Positions 21,574 through 33,804 of a stretch of 64,000 nt of DNA are shown here, piece after piece. Under the pieces are notes generated by a model. The model had not been told where the DNA came from and did not search any database. It saw only the letters and a program-made list of their open reading frames with translations. The translations under genes were made by a program, and so were the position numbers. The stretch is from Lobosporangium transversale (lineage: Eukaryota). Position 1 is the stretch's first letter. Every line of letters starts with the position of its first letter. The stretch is taken from contig NW_019029014.1 in the NCBI RefSeq assembly GCF_002105155.1, positions 310,001 to 374,000 on the forward strand. Direction: 5' to 3'.

Positions 21574-24348
21574 TTTTTTTTTTTTTTTTTTTTTTTTGAT
21601 AACAAGGACCCACGAGGTCATGTAGGATTTATTTAGATGTTAGCTCTATAAATGGGTTGCCCCATTACTGGGGTCGCAAATAAAGCGGTATCCAATAATC
21701 GGCCGAAGCCGCATCGTCATACTGCCACAGTACTACATCCTGTTCATAAACCACGTCAGCATTGAGTAGACTTCCTTGGTCCCAGAGGACCTGTGGCACG
21801 GCTCTACTCCCTACTTGGCCTGTTGTGCGCGAAGGTCATCCTTTAGCCGCTGTCCTCAATCATCAAAAATTTACAGCTTTCCAGGCGCTCCATAATCGCC
21901 AATTCCACCTGCTGCCGGTAGCTTGCCGCCACTCGCCGGTCTGCCTCAGTCCTGATCGCCTTCACATCTGCTGTTCGTCGTTGTCCCTGGTGAGAGCCAA
22001 AGAATTCACCTCTGCTACGTCTGTGCCTCCCAACACAGTTGCGTCCCCTGGCGCGTTTGCTCACAGAGGTGATACCATTTTCTCTTTCCCAGTTGACGGT
22101 GACTTTGCAGCGTCTGTTCCAGATTTCAGTCCTGCCGAGTTCCTCGATTGACTTGACAAAGCGGCAAACAATGTACCTTGAGATCGATGCTGTGGTTCTG
22201 AAGATCGTCTTCCATTTTTGTATCAGTTCCTTCGGCACCAAACCGTGGTACAAGTCTTGGACAGTCCAGTGGGCATGCTCACCCTCGTTCCTCCGTCCCA
22301 TATCCACATCTTCCTCACCAAACAGAGTGCTCGCATGTCGAATCTCTCTGACGCCCTTGAACATCGCTTCCAAAGAGCCCCAAATCACGTTGTCGGCTAC
22401 AGGTGTAAACGAGGGGCCTCCTTTATTCAGGTTTGGCTCCTGTGTTTTCCCTTGTTTGTCTTCCCAGAGCTTCTTCTCCTTCACTAATGCTCTTTTGCCA
22501 TCCTTCGTGATGAGTTCTATGGCCTGCTTCCAACCTTTCAATTGCTCGTCCAGTGTCATGGGACATCGCCAGAGGTGTTCTATGTCCTCCTGCTCCTGTT
22601 CACACATCCTGCAGATGTCAGTCTCATACAGGTCCGGTCGCCACTGCCTCATATAAGTGAGTGTAGGAAGCATACCATGGACCTTCTTTATTCTGTGCGC
22701 TCTCTTGTGACAATCTGCTGGGCTGGTGAAGAGGCCTCTAGGCGTGTTGCCATCGTGAAGAATATGCAGGCTTGCTTTCCATTCTACTTCTCGCCAGTCT
22801 GCAATATAATTCCTGACTCTGTTCTGAGACGCCCACAAGTAATGTGTTCTCACTGCTGATTGGAGTTTTAGCAGGTGTCTAAGATCATCCTCCACCACCT
22901 CGTTCTCGAAAATAGCGTGGCAGCGCAGATCGTTGTGTTCCAGTACTTTGATTGTCCACATTTCGCTAAAATGAGCATCTTTGGCGGCTTGGTCTGCCCT
23001 TATATTGCCTCTATTCCCAGCATGGCCCTTGACCCATTTCACAGTTACCTTCCCGCCCTGCTTAAAGAGCGCTCTCGAAATGGCTGCCCACCACACTGCG
23101 TACTTGGATCGCAATCGCTGCCGTTCAGTGCTTGCTTCTCGCTTTTGAGCAAGGTCCTTGAACTGAACCACTACCGCCATGTTGTCTATGTAGACAGTCG
23201 TTGGAACGTTACGGGGACTGACTAGAATGGCTGCGTACAGTCCTACTAGCTCTGCCTTGGTGGATGAAGCATACCCATCGACTCTACCTGAAACTACATT
23301 TGAGAAGCTTTCTGGGCCTATCTGAGCCACCACTCCGAAAGCCATCCGCACCGCCCTTCTTCCTGCCTCTTCAAGGGACCCATCGGAGTAAAGTGTTAGC
23401 TGACTCATCGTTGATAGTTTCTCTCTTTGACGCAGTATATTGTCCATGTCAACCTGTGGGATCTCTACACCTAGGCACTCAGAGGAGCCAAACCACCGAT
23501 GATGACCCTCTGGGATTTTATTATTCCTTGTTCTTGAGGAGTCCATCTCTTCTTGCGCTTTCGTCCTGAGCCTCCTATCGAGAGCTTGTTCGTCGAGTTC
23601 ATGGCGTCCACGTATCTTGTTTCGCTCTTGTGCTCTACGTCTTGCTCGGTTGAAAGCCGCTCGTCGTCGCTGTTCTCTTCTTCCTTGTTCATCGAGCCTT
23701 TGAAACCTAGCCTGTAACCGTAGGCGTTCTTGACGGCGAGCTCTTTCGATAGCCTTCGAGTGTGCGGCTTCTTGCTTGGCTTGCACCCACTGTTCACGTC
23801 GCCACACTCTCCTTCTCTCCGCCTCTTCTTTTTTCCTCTCTTGCTCTATTTTTCTTAGCAACCATTGCTCCCTCTTCCCTCTTTCCAAACGGTCGCGAAA
23901 TTGTAACATTTTCCTTCCTTGAGGATCTTTCCACAGCCTATGCCTCTCGTTAGCTTCGCGCTCTTTTTCTCTCAAACGCTCTCTTTTTTCAAAATTTTCT
24001 CGCAAGTATTCTTTTTGGAGTTCGCGATCAGACTCAGTGTATCCTTCATACTCCTGCATACCCTCTTGTATGTAACACTGTGCTCTTCTTTCTCTTTCCT
24101 CCCGCTGTTCTACACTTAGGGGATCAAGTGGCTCTCTGGGGTCTTCTTCCACGTCACTGAGGTAACTTATATATCCAACTTCATCATCCTCATCATCCTC
24201 AGTGGGCTGCTCCTCCAACATATTGTCTTCTGTGAGTAGTTCATCTGCTCTCTCATTGTTTTCAGTCTCATTTAGCTGTTGGAGCTCCCTTAAATCTCTC
24301 TCTTCCTCTTCGTCTAGTCTCTGAAGAATGTTCTTTTTGTCTCTACGC
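21574..24348 (-). mobile_element. 5'-truncated non-LTR (LINE, L1/Tx1-like) retrotransposon retaining RNase H and C-terminal zinc-finger region, 3' UTR and poly(A) tail
   Basis: A poly(A) tail (poly-T 21574-21597) and 18-bp TSDs on both sides. The ORF has RNase H motifs and a zf-RVT-like motif. No reverse transcriptase or endonuclease remains. Confidence 0.88.
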
Positions 24349-24458
24349 TTAGGCCATGGAATACCTAAATGGAAAAAAAAGTAATAACAATAATAACAAC
24401 ACTTCTGGCGCCCCAAAACCCAAAGAATTAAGTGCAGTTCCATTACACTAAGCCACAT
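21843..24458 (-). CDS. Remnant retrotransposon ORF2 (charged region, RNase H, Cys/His zinc finger); the first ~36 codons come from host flank and TSD
   Basis: RNase H: LYSDGS...SSTKAELVGL...VYIDN...KWVKGHAGNRGNIRADQAAK. Zinc finger: CRMCEQEQEDIEHLWRCP. Also has the LINE-type 'IWNRRC'. Confidence 0.8.
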   Translation of the reverse strand: MWLSVMELHLILWVLGRQKCCYYCYYFFFHLGIPWPKRRDKKNILQRLDEEEERDLRELQQLNETENNERADELLTEDNMLEEQPTEDDEDDEVGYISYLSDVEEDPREPLDPLSVEQREERERRAQCYIQEGMQEYEGYTESDRELQKEYLRENFEKRERLREKEREANERHRLWKDPQGRKMLQFRDRLERGKREQWLLRKIEQERKKEEAERRRVWRREQWVQAKQEAAHSKAIERARRQERLRLQARFQRLDEQGRREQRRRAAFNRARRRAQERNKIRGRHELDEQALDRRLRTKAQEEMDSSRTRNNKIPEGHHRWFGSSECLGVEIPQVDMDNILRQREKLSTMSQLTLYSDGSLEEAGRRAVRMAFGVVAQIGPESFSNVVSGRVDGYASSTKAELVGLYAAILVSPRNVPTTVYIDNMAVVVQFKDLAQKREASTERQRLRSKYAVWWAAISRALFKQGGKVTVKWVKGHAGNRGNIRADQAAKDAHFSEMWTIKVLEHNDLRCHAIFENEVVEDDLRHLLKLQSAVRTHYLWASQNRVRNYIADWREVEWKASLHILHDGNTPRGLFTSPADCHKRAHRIKKVHGMLPTLTYMRQWRPDLYETDICRMCEQEQEDIEHLWRCPMTLDEQLKGWKQAIELITKDGKRALVKEKKLWEDKQGKTQEPNLNKGGPSFTPVADNVIWGSLEAMFKGVREIRHASTLFGEEDVDMGRRNEGEHAHWTVQDLYHGLVPKELIQKWKTIFRTTASISRYIVCRFVKSIEELGRTEIWNRRCKVTVNWERENGITSVSKRARGRNCVGRHRRSRGEFFGSHQGQRRTADVKAIRTEADRRVAASYRQQVELAIMERLESCKFLMIEDSG

Positions 24459-24562
24459 TAAATATGATAATTCACGTGATAGATGCAGTAGTTAGATAAT
24501 ATAATCTAGTGCTCATCAGCGCCGGCCAGGAACCTGGCCAATCAAGTGTCATTGGTGAGAGA

Positions 24563-24635
24563 GACTGTGTAGTATAGTGGTCCAGTACCCAGGACTTTGA
24601 ATCCTGTAACCCGAGTTCGACCCTCGGCACGGTCT
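24563..24635 (+). tRNA. tRNA-Gln (anticodon UUG)
   Basis: Acceptor stem GACTGTG/CACGGTC, D-loop AGTGG, anticodon arm CAGGA-CT TTG AA-TCCTG, T arm CCGAG-TTCGACC-CTCGG, and a Pol III terminator TTTTT at ~24639. Confidence 0.95.
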
Positions 24636-26355
24636 TCGTTTTTGGCGCCTTTATTTTTTGGAAAGTTGTTTGCAGGGGTTCGTATGCACTTCGAATAAAA
24701 TTTTTGTTTGCATGGGGGTTATCTCTAAAAAAAAACGTCAATAGACAGGAAGCATTAGGATCGCATAAACACGTTGATGCGTCTCTAACCGTTACTGTCA
24801 CTAGATTGTAGCTGGATTTCACGTTCAAAAAGGTACATTGACCTACAGCGGCGAGCTTTTTTTGTTGGATGTTAACAAGTTCAACAAGAGCTTCTGTGTT
24901 TCTCATCAACACGGGGTTGTCCTGAGTAAAGATCTCAATGAACGGCATACTATAAACTGTTGTTTCTTCCTTCGAGCACCAGGTGCTTACTGCGTGCTGC
25001 TATCTAATGCACAAAAGAGGGCGCTAGATGTAACAGTCCGTTGAGCGCTAATCAAAACTGCATCATAAATTGTGACAAAGTTAGCTTTAAGCATGAATGG
25101 CTCCTGTTGGAGTGAGCAACAAATGGAGCTTGTTATCTATCCCATTTTTCAATACTTTATGCAGTGCTTCTTGAGAAAATGAGTTTAGAATAACCGTTAA
25201 TTGCTATCTTTCGCGACCTAGCCGAGTTTCCCTAAAGGAACCCTTTATTTCTTGCTTTGTAACTGGGACATTACCACGACTGGTTTCAAAATTGAAAAGG
25301 CTCAATAGGCTTTGAGTATGTCTATATTGCGTTCTACTGTTTTTATCAAGTTTTTGGAAAACTAAATTTGAAATGGTTGTCTAGATTGGTCACATACTAG
25401 GCCTTTTTGCGTTCGTCGCATGACTACAAAAAGGCATTCGTCAGAAAGCGTAAAACCGATTTAAATAAGTTGCGCTTCGGTGCCTGCTAGCGGCTTCAGA
25501 CGGCCCGTGCAAATAGCTTCATCCTATTTTTTAGTTGGACGAGCTTTCGCACTATTAATGATCTCTGTTTGTATTTGACTGTTTAACCTTGGTAGAAGAC
25601 CTTTGACTGAAAGTTTTGTGAACCCATAGCGGGTTTCTGCAGGGGTTTCCTATGAAGATGTGGCTACAAAAGACGCGACGCATAAAAGACAGATACACCA
25701 GTAAAACTATAATAGCTCCATTTGTTTATTTCGTTTATACCCTGGAGAGACGCATGTGAGGGAAGATTGGGGATGCAAGTCTCCAAGTATATACTAAATT
25801 TATGGATCGATGTTCAAAATCTAGAAGTTCAGACGCATAGATCCTTCAGTAAGATCTTCTTCTCCTGACGCCCCTTCACATCAACAGCATAAGCAAATAT
25901 CTATGGAGCCATGCAACGATACACTGTGGAGTCGTGGGCTAATTTAGTATACCCAACCAAGTATGAAGCGCACGTAAGAATGGAGATCATCTTGGGGGTA
26001 TTTTTATTCGAATGCATCATGCGAAAAGCTTGAATTTTTAAAATTTAAATATTGTCACCGGAGCGTGAGCGACGATCGCGCTTTTTGGTGTTCTGAACTT
26101 TCTTGTCCTACCATCTTTACCAGATTTTCCATTTTATTATATGCTTCCCGCGTGTGTTGTCTTTCATTCATCATCGTCTTTTTTATTTTTTTATTTTCGC
26201 ATTCTCTCACCTTAACAATCTACTGCATTGTTTATCCTCGAACACATTCACTATTTGGCAGTGGAAGTAACACTAGCAACAAAAAGCAATAGCATCAAAA
26301 AGATATAAAAACCGAGTGAGCACGAGCGCGAGCATCACATCAGCGCAACAGGGCT

Positions 26356-29300
26356 ATGGAGCTCGTCTTTGATGTCAATGACTTTGAGGAAGGGACATCC
26401 GATGACCTGGTCACCACATCCATCCCAATCCTCCCTCCAGACTTACTGCTCAAATGCATTAAATATTTACCCGTTTCATCGCTTCCTGCGGTTGCACAGG
26501 CATGTCGTCGTCTCAAAGTCATCGTTTACAGTGATGAGCTCTGGGAATCTAAACTACTAGCGATAGGTTTTGGCTTTGGATCAGGAAAGCGAGCGTCCAA
26601 AAAAAACGACCCCAACGGTACTAGTCTTCTTGATGAGCCCAACGGTTCCTTGCCAAGCTTCCCTGTCCATGGATCTAGTATTTCGGATGTTGCTCGAAAA
26701 CGGATATCTGCCAACACAAAGGAGGTTATTAGCTCAACCAAAAGTAATACTATCAATAATAACAGGGTCAGTCTGTCTAATCTGTCTGAAGATGGCTTCC
26801 GATCCAGTGCTGAGTTGCCAACCCCTACGATAACGAAGCCTCGTATTCAGATCCCAGGACTGCCAGGCGATCCATATTCAATGATCGAAGGCCGTAGAGT
26901 ATATCATGGAGCAAGAGAACAGTTTCGGCAGATCTACTGCGAACTTTGGCCATATTACATCGATTTCCGCCAAGCAAATAAGGACAGCAAAGTAATTCAA
27001 GAATTTGGCAAGTCGGTGTTGGATGTCGCTAGAATGTTGGCTAGACTCCTAGCTTTTTCAAAGGCCTACCTGGCCGAAGATTCAGATCAGGTAATGATAT
27101 CGCTTTTACATTTAATTTGTGCATTGTAAATAATTCTCTCCACACAGCACTTTTTTATCAGCTTCTGGACTAGAAATGCCATAAAAACATACGGTTTCTG
27201 TTAGCTTATTATGTAAAGATTTAAATTGTGGATTGAACTGAATAGATCAACGAGAACCTGCATGGAACGTGCGAATATTTTGAAAATCGATGCTTACATC
27301 TATTTGAGTTGGCGTACGATTCGCGGGATATCCCAGAGATGGCTGTACGTACTTGATGAAAATGATTACTTGTCTACTCCTTTGGCTACTAGTGGATGCT
27401 CCACTTGAGAAATCTCACCCCTTGACCTGTGATCTCTCTCTAGAAATTCGCAGGTGTGCTCTTAGATCTTAATGATGCTCAGGCTTGTATTCAGATATTC
27501 ATCCAAAAGAATGGGATTTTTTTCGACAATAATTACGAACCAAGCGAAAATCTCAAGTAAGTCTTTGTATTATTGTCATCTTGAGAACCAAAACAACGTT
27601 GACTGCATCCTTGAGAGTGAATGAATATTCAGGGCTTCTTTAGTGGAGCTCGGATATTTAAAAGCTATTTTTTCTTTCCTTTATAGACAATACGAATTAT
27701 GGCTGATGCAGCCGCTTGTTCTACGGGAGAGCACACCTTTTCCAGAATTTACACCAATGAAGCTGTTTATGGAATTTACGGAAATGGAGTTTAAAAAGCA
27801 AGCTGTTATTATCAACGATGTCTTCCCAGAGGAGGCAGATGTACTTTTTAATTTCACGGAGCGTGTCTTTGAAGACGTGATATCAGATTATTGTTCACAG
27901 TTATTTGACATGTGTAGCATGCGGGACAAACTTTTATATCTGAAATCTGTCCCTACTGCTTACCGGTATCTGGAACATCTTGAGAACACAATAGTCCGCA
28001 TGGAACCTATTCATGTATCATCGTACCGACTTGAGAAACTTTTGGCAAGGATTTTTGGACCATGGTTGGAACAGTACCTGAAGATGGAGCTAGATTGGGT
28101 TCAAAAGTCATGTAAAGACCAGATCGACAAACACGATCGACAGGTAATAATAGCGTTTAGTAATTCGGTGATCTCTATTAGAATTTTTCTCTCCCATCAT
28201 CCCTGAGCTAACTTGGCCTGTTATTAATGTTCCTTCTGTGGGACTGGGATTAATATCAAAATCTAATCTAGCGTGAGGACAACAAAAAAAACGACACAAA
28301 GCGAATGAATCCCAGAAATCGTGAAGTGTTTAAAAGGAACTTCTTGAAAGGATTTAGGAATGTTTTGACACTTCCTTACAAGATCTCATCTTCGATTGTC
28401 GCAGGTGTCGCCTCAGCTACCTCTTCGCCGACACCCACCGCCGGCTCAGCTCCTTCAACACCTCAACTCCACCCTTCATCTCCCTCCAATGCCTCTCCCT
28501 CCAACTCTTCTACAGCCCCCACAAAGGGCAACAATCGGTTTTCGATTCGATCAATCTCCTCACTCAGTGGTTCTAGTAACTCTGGCTCCACAGTCGTACC
28601 GCCTACATCTACATCGACCCCAGATATTCCTACTCTCTCTTCATCCACATTCGTGCCTGACCAAAAATCTATATCACTGGGGAGCGATGCGGATAGCGTC
28701 AGGAGTACTTCAGGAGGAGTAGAGCAGATTGTGACAGCACAGGAAATCCAAGAAGAAATGAATTCATTACTGAGTGTTGAGCTGGCTCTGCACTTGATTC
28801 ACTTGGACAAAGATGCGCTTCAGCGACTGTCTGCTTTTGCGGGACTGGGTGGCGTCCTTGGTGGCCGTGTGTAAGTCATCTTAAAGCTCTCTGTATCTCT
28901 ACACGGATGGCTGCTAGGTTTTTTATCCATGAGCTGTCCAAGGTTTAATCTAAACTCACTCATGAATATATTCAATTGGCTTATAGACAAAAAACAATAG
29001 AATCAGTATTTATTGCATTACTGAGGTCTTTGGGCCAACAGCATATCGATCCCGGATTCACAGCGTAAGTACTAAATGGTATGTAAACTACTGAAATGTT
29101 ATTGAGTATCTCATGCTGATGTGTAAAGTTTAATATATTCGTCATTCGGAATAGGGCTATCCAACAGTTAGGCCGCTACAAACCAACGACAACACATGGT
29201 GGCGGTGTAACACCATTGATGGATTTTTTTGAGCTAGTACATGTTGCAGATCTGATTCTTCAAATGGTACAAGTGTATTATGCAGAGGAGATGTGCAAGC

Positions 29301-30212
29301 ATATTGATAAGATGGATTTCCTGAATGATGCTAATAAGGAGAAGAAGGCATTTGAAAGGTTGATCGATGATGGTGTGGCTGCAGGGCTGGATAAGAGTAT
29401 CGAGGTGTTGATTGGCCAGGTGGAGTATATTCTGACCACTATGCAGCTTCCAACAGACTATAATCCTGACGAGAGCATGGAGATTGAGCTACAGCCAACT
29501 CAGGTAAGACTATATTTAGGATAATCAAAAAAAAAAAAAAAAAAAAAGATATTCGAAACTGAGAACAGAGTTCTTCCAGACGAGTTGGCTGATAACATTC
29601 AATTAACAACTTGACATTATGTTATTTAAACTTAGGCTTGTCGGGAAGCAGTAACATGTCTAACGACACATACAAAAATGTTGATCGGCTGTACGGACAA
29701 ACATACCCTGGACGTTTTCTTTCAAGAACTTGGATTACGTTTATTCAAGTAAGCTTGTCTTTTACTATTGATGTTGCTTAGTACAATAAGGCGTTGATGG
29801 TGATTCCTTAAGACGTTACTAATCAAGTTTCATTTATCAACATTAATGTTGTTTATTTATGCACGCGTTTAAAACAAATAATTCTACTAGTTGTCTAACA
29901 AAGCACTTGCGCTCCAATATCGTGTCGTCCCAAGGTGGATTCGTGCTGATCTGCGATCTGAACCACTATTACAATTTTATTGTGACACTAAAGCAGCCAA
30001 TGTTGACGCCCAACTTTTTGGCATTAAAAGAACTGGGGAATCTTTTTATTATCCAATCGCCATCCGATCTTAAACAACTGATCCACGACATGCAACGCTT
30101 TGGCGGGATCCTGCGCGTCGAGGATGTTTTTGAATTTGCAGAGATGCGCTCGGATTGGAAGAGTATTCAACGGATCGTAGAACGCGATCGACTAGAGTGT
30201 GCTATCATGTAA
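26356..30212 (+). CDS. RCY1: F-box protein Rcy1/recyclin (Sec10-like helical body), multi-exon
   Basis: N-terminal F-box 'LPPDLLLKCIKYLPVSSLPAVAQACRRLK'. Sec10-like segments 'FFELVHVADLILQMVQVYY...KKAFERLIDDGVAAGLDKSIEVL' and 'GGFVLICDLNHYY...FLALKELGNLFI...RSDW'. The C-terminus is a CAAX-like CAIM. Confidence 0.88.
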
Positions 30213-30396
30213 TAATAAACTTAATAAAATAGAAGATAATAGCATTGCGACATTTAGCGCAAGTATGGAAGACTTTTTTTTGTTTTGTTTATGAGTATAT
30301 GAAGCTATGAAGAAAAACTATAACAGAGATGATGATGTGGGGATTTTTGAATGAGAGAAATAAAAAAAAAAAAAAGGGCCCGACAGATCATTCTAT

Positions 30397-31146
30397 TTAG
30401 TGCTGGGCCTCAACAAGCTTCTTGTAAGCCTCCTCAGAGAGAAGATTCGAGACATCAGCATCGGATGAAAGCTGGATCTTGCAGAGCCAGCCTATAATTT
30501 TAGGAAAAATAAAAAAAGTAAGTATACATATATAAAATTTGATCCAGAATATGATCGAAGAGTAAAAACTTTACCTTCTCCTTCAGGATTGTCGTTCAAC
30601 AGCGAAGGATTCGCCGCGACATCCTCGTTGACTTCAATGACCTTTCCAGAAACGGGGGCGTAGATATCCGAGGCAGCCTTGACAGATTCGACAGAGCCAA
30701 TCGTGTCTTCATTTTTGAAAGCAAGGGAAAAAAGGAGTCAACATTGGTGACGAATAACAAGTATAAACAGCATATACATGTGTAATCTTGACAGCCAAGA
30801 TTTTTTTAAAAAAAAAGCTTACCGCCTTTTTCGACATCCTTGAGATCAGCAGACTGGACATAGACAATCTCTCCAAGAGAGCCTTGGGCATGATCCGTAA
30901 TACCGATCGTAGCAATGCCGTTATCAATATCAATCCATTCATGCTCCTCAGTATACTTCTTGGCTATGATGAATATGTATATATATATATATATATAAAA
31001 CACTTAGTCTGACTTCATCGTTGGAGGTTTTGTCTGCAAAAAAAAAAGGCTCGTAGTCAAGTCGCTATATTGTAGTTTTAGCTCCTGGGAATAATAATAA
31101 TGATAATGATAATAATAACAACAATATAAGAGTAATAATAATAGTA

Positions 31147-31183
<37 letters not shown>

Positions 31184-31488
31184 TGAGCACAACTCTCAAA
31201 CCATTTTCTTGGTTCTTCATTCGCGTCTTTTTTTTTTTTTTTTTTTTTTTTTTTGTCAAAGTTCATTGCTTATTCCTGACATCTTCCTGAACGATTCACG
31301 TGGCGCAAAAAAAAAAAAAGAAAAGCCATGTCTGTATTTTAATAACAACAAGAGTGGCAAGAGTGGTAAGCAAACATTTACGTACTGCCATAGAAACGGG
31401 CAAAAGAAGAAGAAGGGGTGGCGAAGCGCGCCATGGCCTGCGAGCGCATGGTAGGGAAAAGTCTAGTAGAAAATGTGGCAAGAGACAT
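30397..31488 (-). CDS. GCV3: Glycine cleavage system H protein (lipoyl carrier), mitochondrial, 4 exons
   Basis: Presequence [10 protein letters not shown]..., then '[31 protein letters not shown]', the lipoyl-lysine motif '[18 protein letters not shown]', and 'GWLCKIQLS'. Confidence 0.95.
31091..31180. repeat. Imperfect (AAT)n microsatellite in GCV3 intron 1
   Basis: Runs of ataataata with occasional substitutions. Confidence 0.85.
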
Positions 31489-32371
31489 GTTGAAGATAGG
31501 GGAGTTAAAGAGGATAAAGAAGAAATGGGAGTGGAGAGTGGAGGAAGAGAGGAAAAGGGAAAAGAAAGAGAAAAAGGGAAAATAAAAAGAAGCAGCAAGA
31601 CAAAAAAAGGATACGGAAACGAACGAAAAAAAGCTTTGATGTATCCTAGAAATCAAGGTTTTTTTTTTTTTTTTTTTTTAAACTTGACACGGTGGAATGA
31701 AATTAACAAGTAGTGACTGGCAATCCATTCCCTATTCGGACCTTGGGGAACATTTATGCCGTCCCACCCATCCCCGTGCATCCCATTAAGAAATTTACAC
31801 ATTTGCCATTTGCCACCGCAACATTCATGTATACGGATATATATCTCTAGTATATATTCTTATGTGGCGTTGTGCCTGCAGTCCCGCCCAAACATATTTC
31901 CCCCGCCAAACATCCAACTGCTCTCTCTTCATAGGACTTCGGAGCGGAGAGTCCCGTGCAGAGACTTGGGGTAAGGATCGAAGTAACCAATCGTATAATT
32001 TTATATCATTACATGTATGTGGGTAACTGGAAATGCTGGACATGTAACATTTACAACCATTTTTCTTCCTTAATTTGCTATAAATCCACAAACGGTCATA
32101 TTCTCAGATTCTCAGTCTGTAACTTCCTTTATATGTAATATATGTATGCTCTATATCATCATAGGCCCTAAGTGACCCGAAGGAACAACCAAAAAGAGAA
32201 AAGAAAGAAAAAAAAAAAAGAAAAAAAAGAGATAAAAAAAAGAAAAAAAGAAAGAAATAAAAAAAAAAAAAAAAAAAAAAAAAAAAGAAAAAGAAAAGAA
32301 AAGGAAAAAAAATGAAAAGCTCTGTAAACTAAATATGAATCTTGCTAAATTTACTTTATAACTTTGAACTT

Positions 32372-33771
32372 TTACATTTGGCCTCCATTAGCAGTCGCGC
32401 CCAGCATATACATGTTTGTCGCGTTTGATCTCGATCCGTGCTGGTAAGATGACTGACTGATGTCTGTTCCCATAGTCGGTCTTCTCGAGCCAGATGTCGA
32501 AAGCGTTGAGAGGGATGAAACAGAAGAGTTTATGGATCCTATAGATGATCCATAGATGCTTGCATATGGATGATGTTGCTGCTGTTGGAATTGCTGCTGT
32601 TGGAATTGCTGCTGCTGCTGTTGCTGCTGCAACAGTAGCAGTTGTTGTTGTTGTTGTTGTTGATGATGCAAGTTTTGACCGCCATAAATCTTGGCAATGT
32701 TGCTGGTATGACTACCATTGCCACCATTAAAATTTGGAATGGCTCCTGTATAGAATGAATATGCTCCATTTGCAAGACCATTGCTGTTGCCGCCACCGCC
32801 ACTATTGCCTTGCATGTGATTAGTCGGAGTCCTGCCAGATGACTTCAGTGAGGATTGACTGCTATTGTCTAGTTCGCTGATCCTGGATTTTCGAGAGTGA
32901 TTGGAGTGGCTATATACACATATATTTTTGAATTGAGGTCAGATCAGATCACGGATTGCTTGAGTGGGAATGTATATCCATAATAATCACGCATTGATGG
33001 TGTACTTACACAGAGCTCTTCCTTCGCGAGACAGCTTCACTGCCTGGCAGAGCGGTAGAAGACGTTTTCGCTGGAGCCTTGCCACCGGTGATCCACTCAT
33101 GTTGCAAACCCTCATGAGGTTTCATTCGCAGCATTGGGTCCCAGATAAGGCATCTGGATATGAAGTCGAGGAACAACACGTCTGTGCACTTTAGTACTTG
33201 ACCAAGGGTCTTGGACCTCGGACGTCGCTTCTTGCCTTTGGAATTGATCACAAGTTTAGGGTTGCCATGCGAGTCTAGGAAAAAATAATAGGACAAAAAG
33301 ATTAGAACTCTTGGTCTTTTTTTTTTTTTTTTTATTTTTTTTTATTCCATGAGCTATCATCCTTACCGAAAAACACTTTGCGTCGAGTGCTTTGTTCGAT
33401 CAAGTATCGCTCAGGTACTCCTTGGATCTCCATGATACAGGCCAGTTGCTCCTGCTCGTTCTCACCAGGAAACAGTGGACATCCTGTGTACAGCTCAGCA
33501 AGGATACAGCCCAGCGACCACATATCAATTGCCTTGTTGTATGACATTCCCAAGATTACTTCTGGAGATCGATAGAACCGAGATTGAATATAGGTATAAA
33601 CCTTTTCATTTTCAAGACAGCTGCTTCCAAAGTCAATCACTTTGATACTTGATTTCGTAGGATGCTTCAGCAATACATTCTATATTCAAACAATATATAT
33701 CATAAAACATAGTTAGTAAATACTCACAAAATTAATCCAAGCTCTTTGCTACTGCAACAGTGCTCATTGTG

Positions 33772-33804
<33 letters not shown>

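Noticed and set aside
21393..21625. CRISPR-like repeat-spacer array or LTR pair
   Set aside because: There are only two to three repeats, each followed by poly(T) or flank. They are explained by TSDs plus LINE tails, with no cas genes or TG..CA LTR ends.
24472..24948. 158-aa minus ORF overlapping the tRNA
   Set aside because: It runs antisense through a clear tRNA gene and has no recognisable domain.
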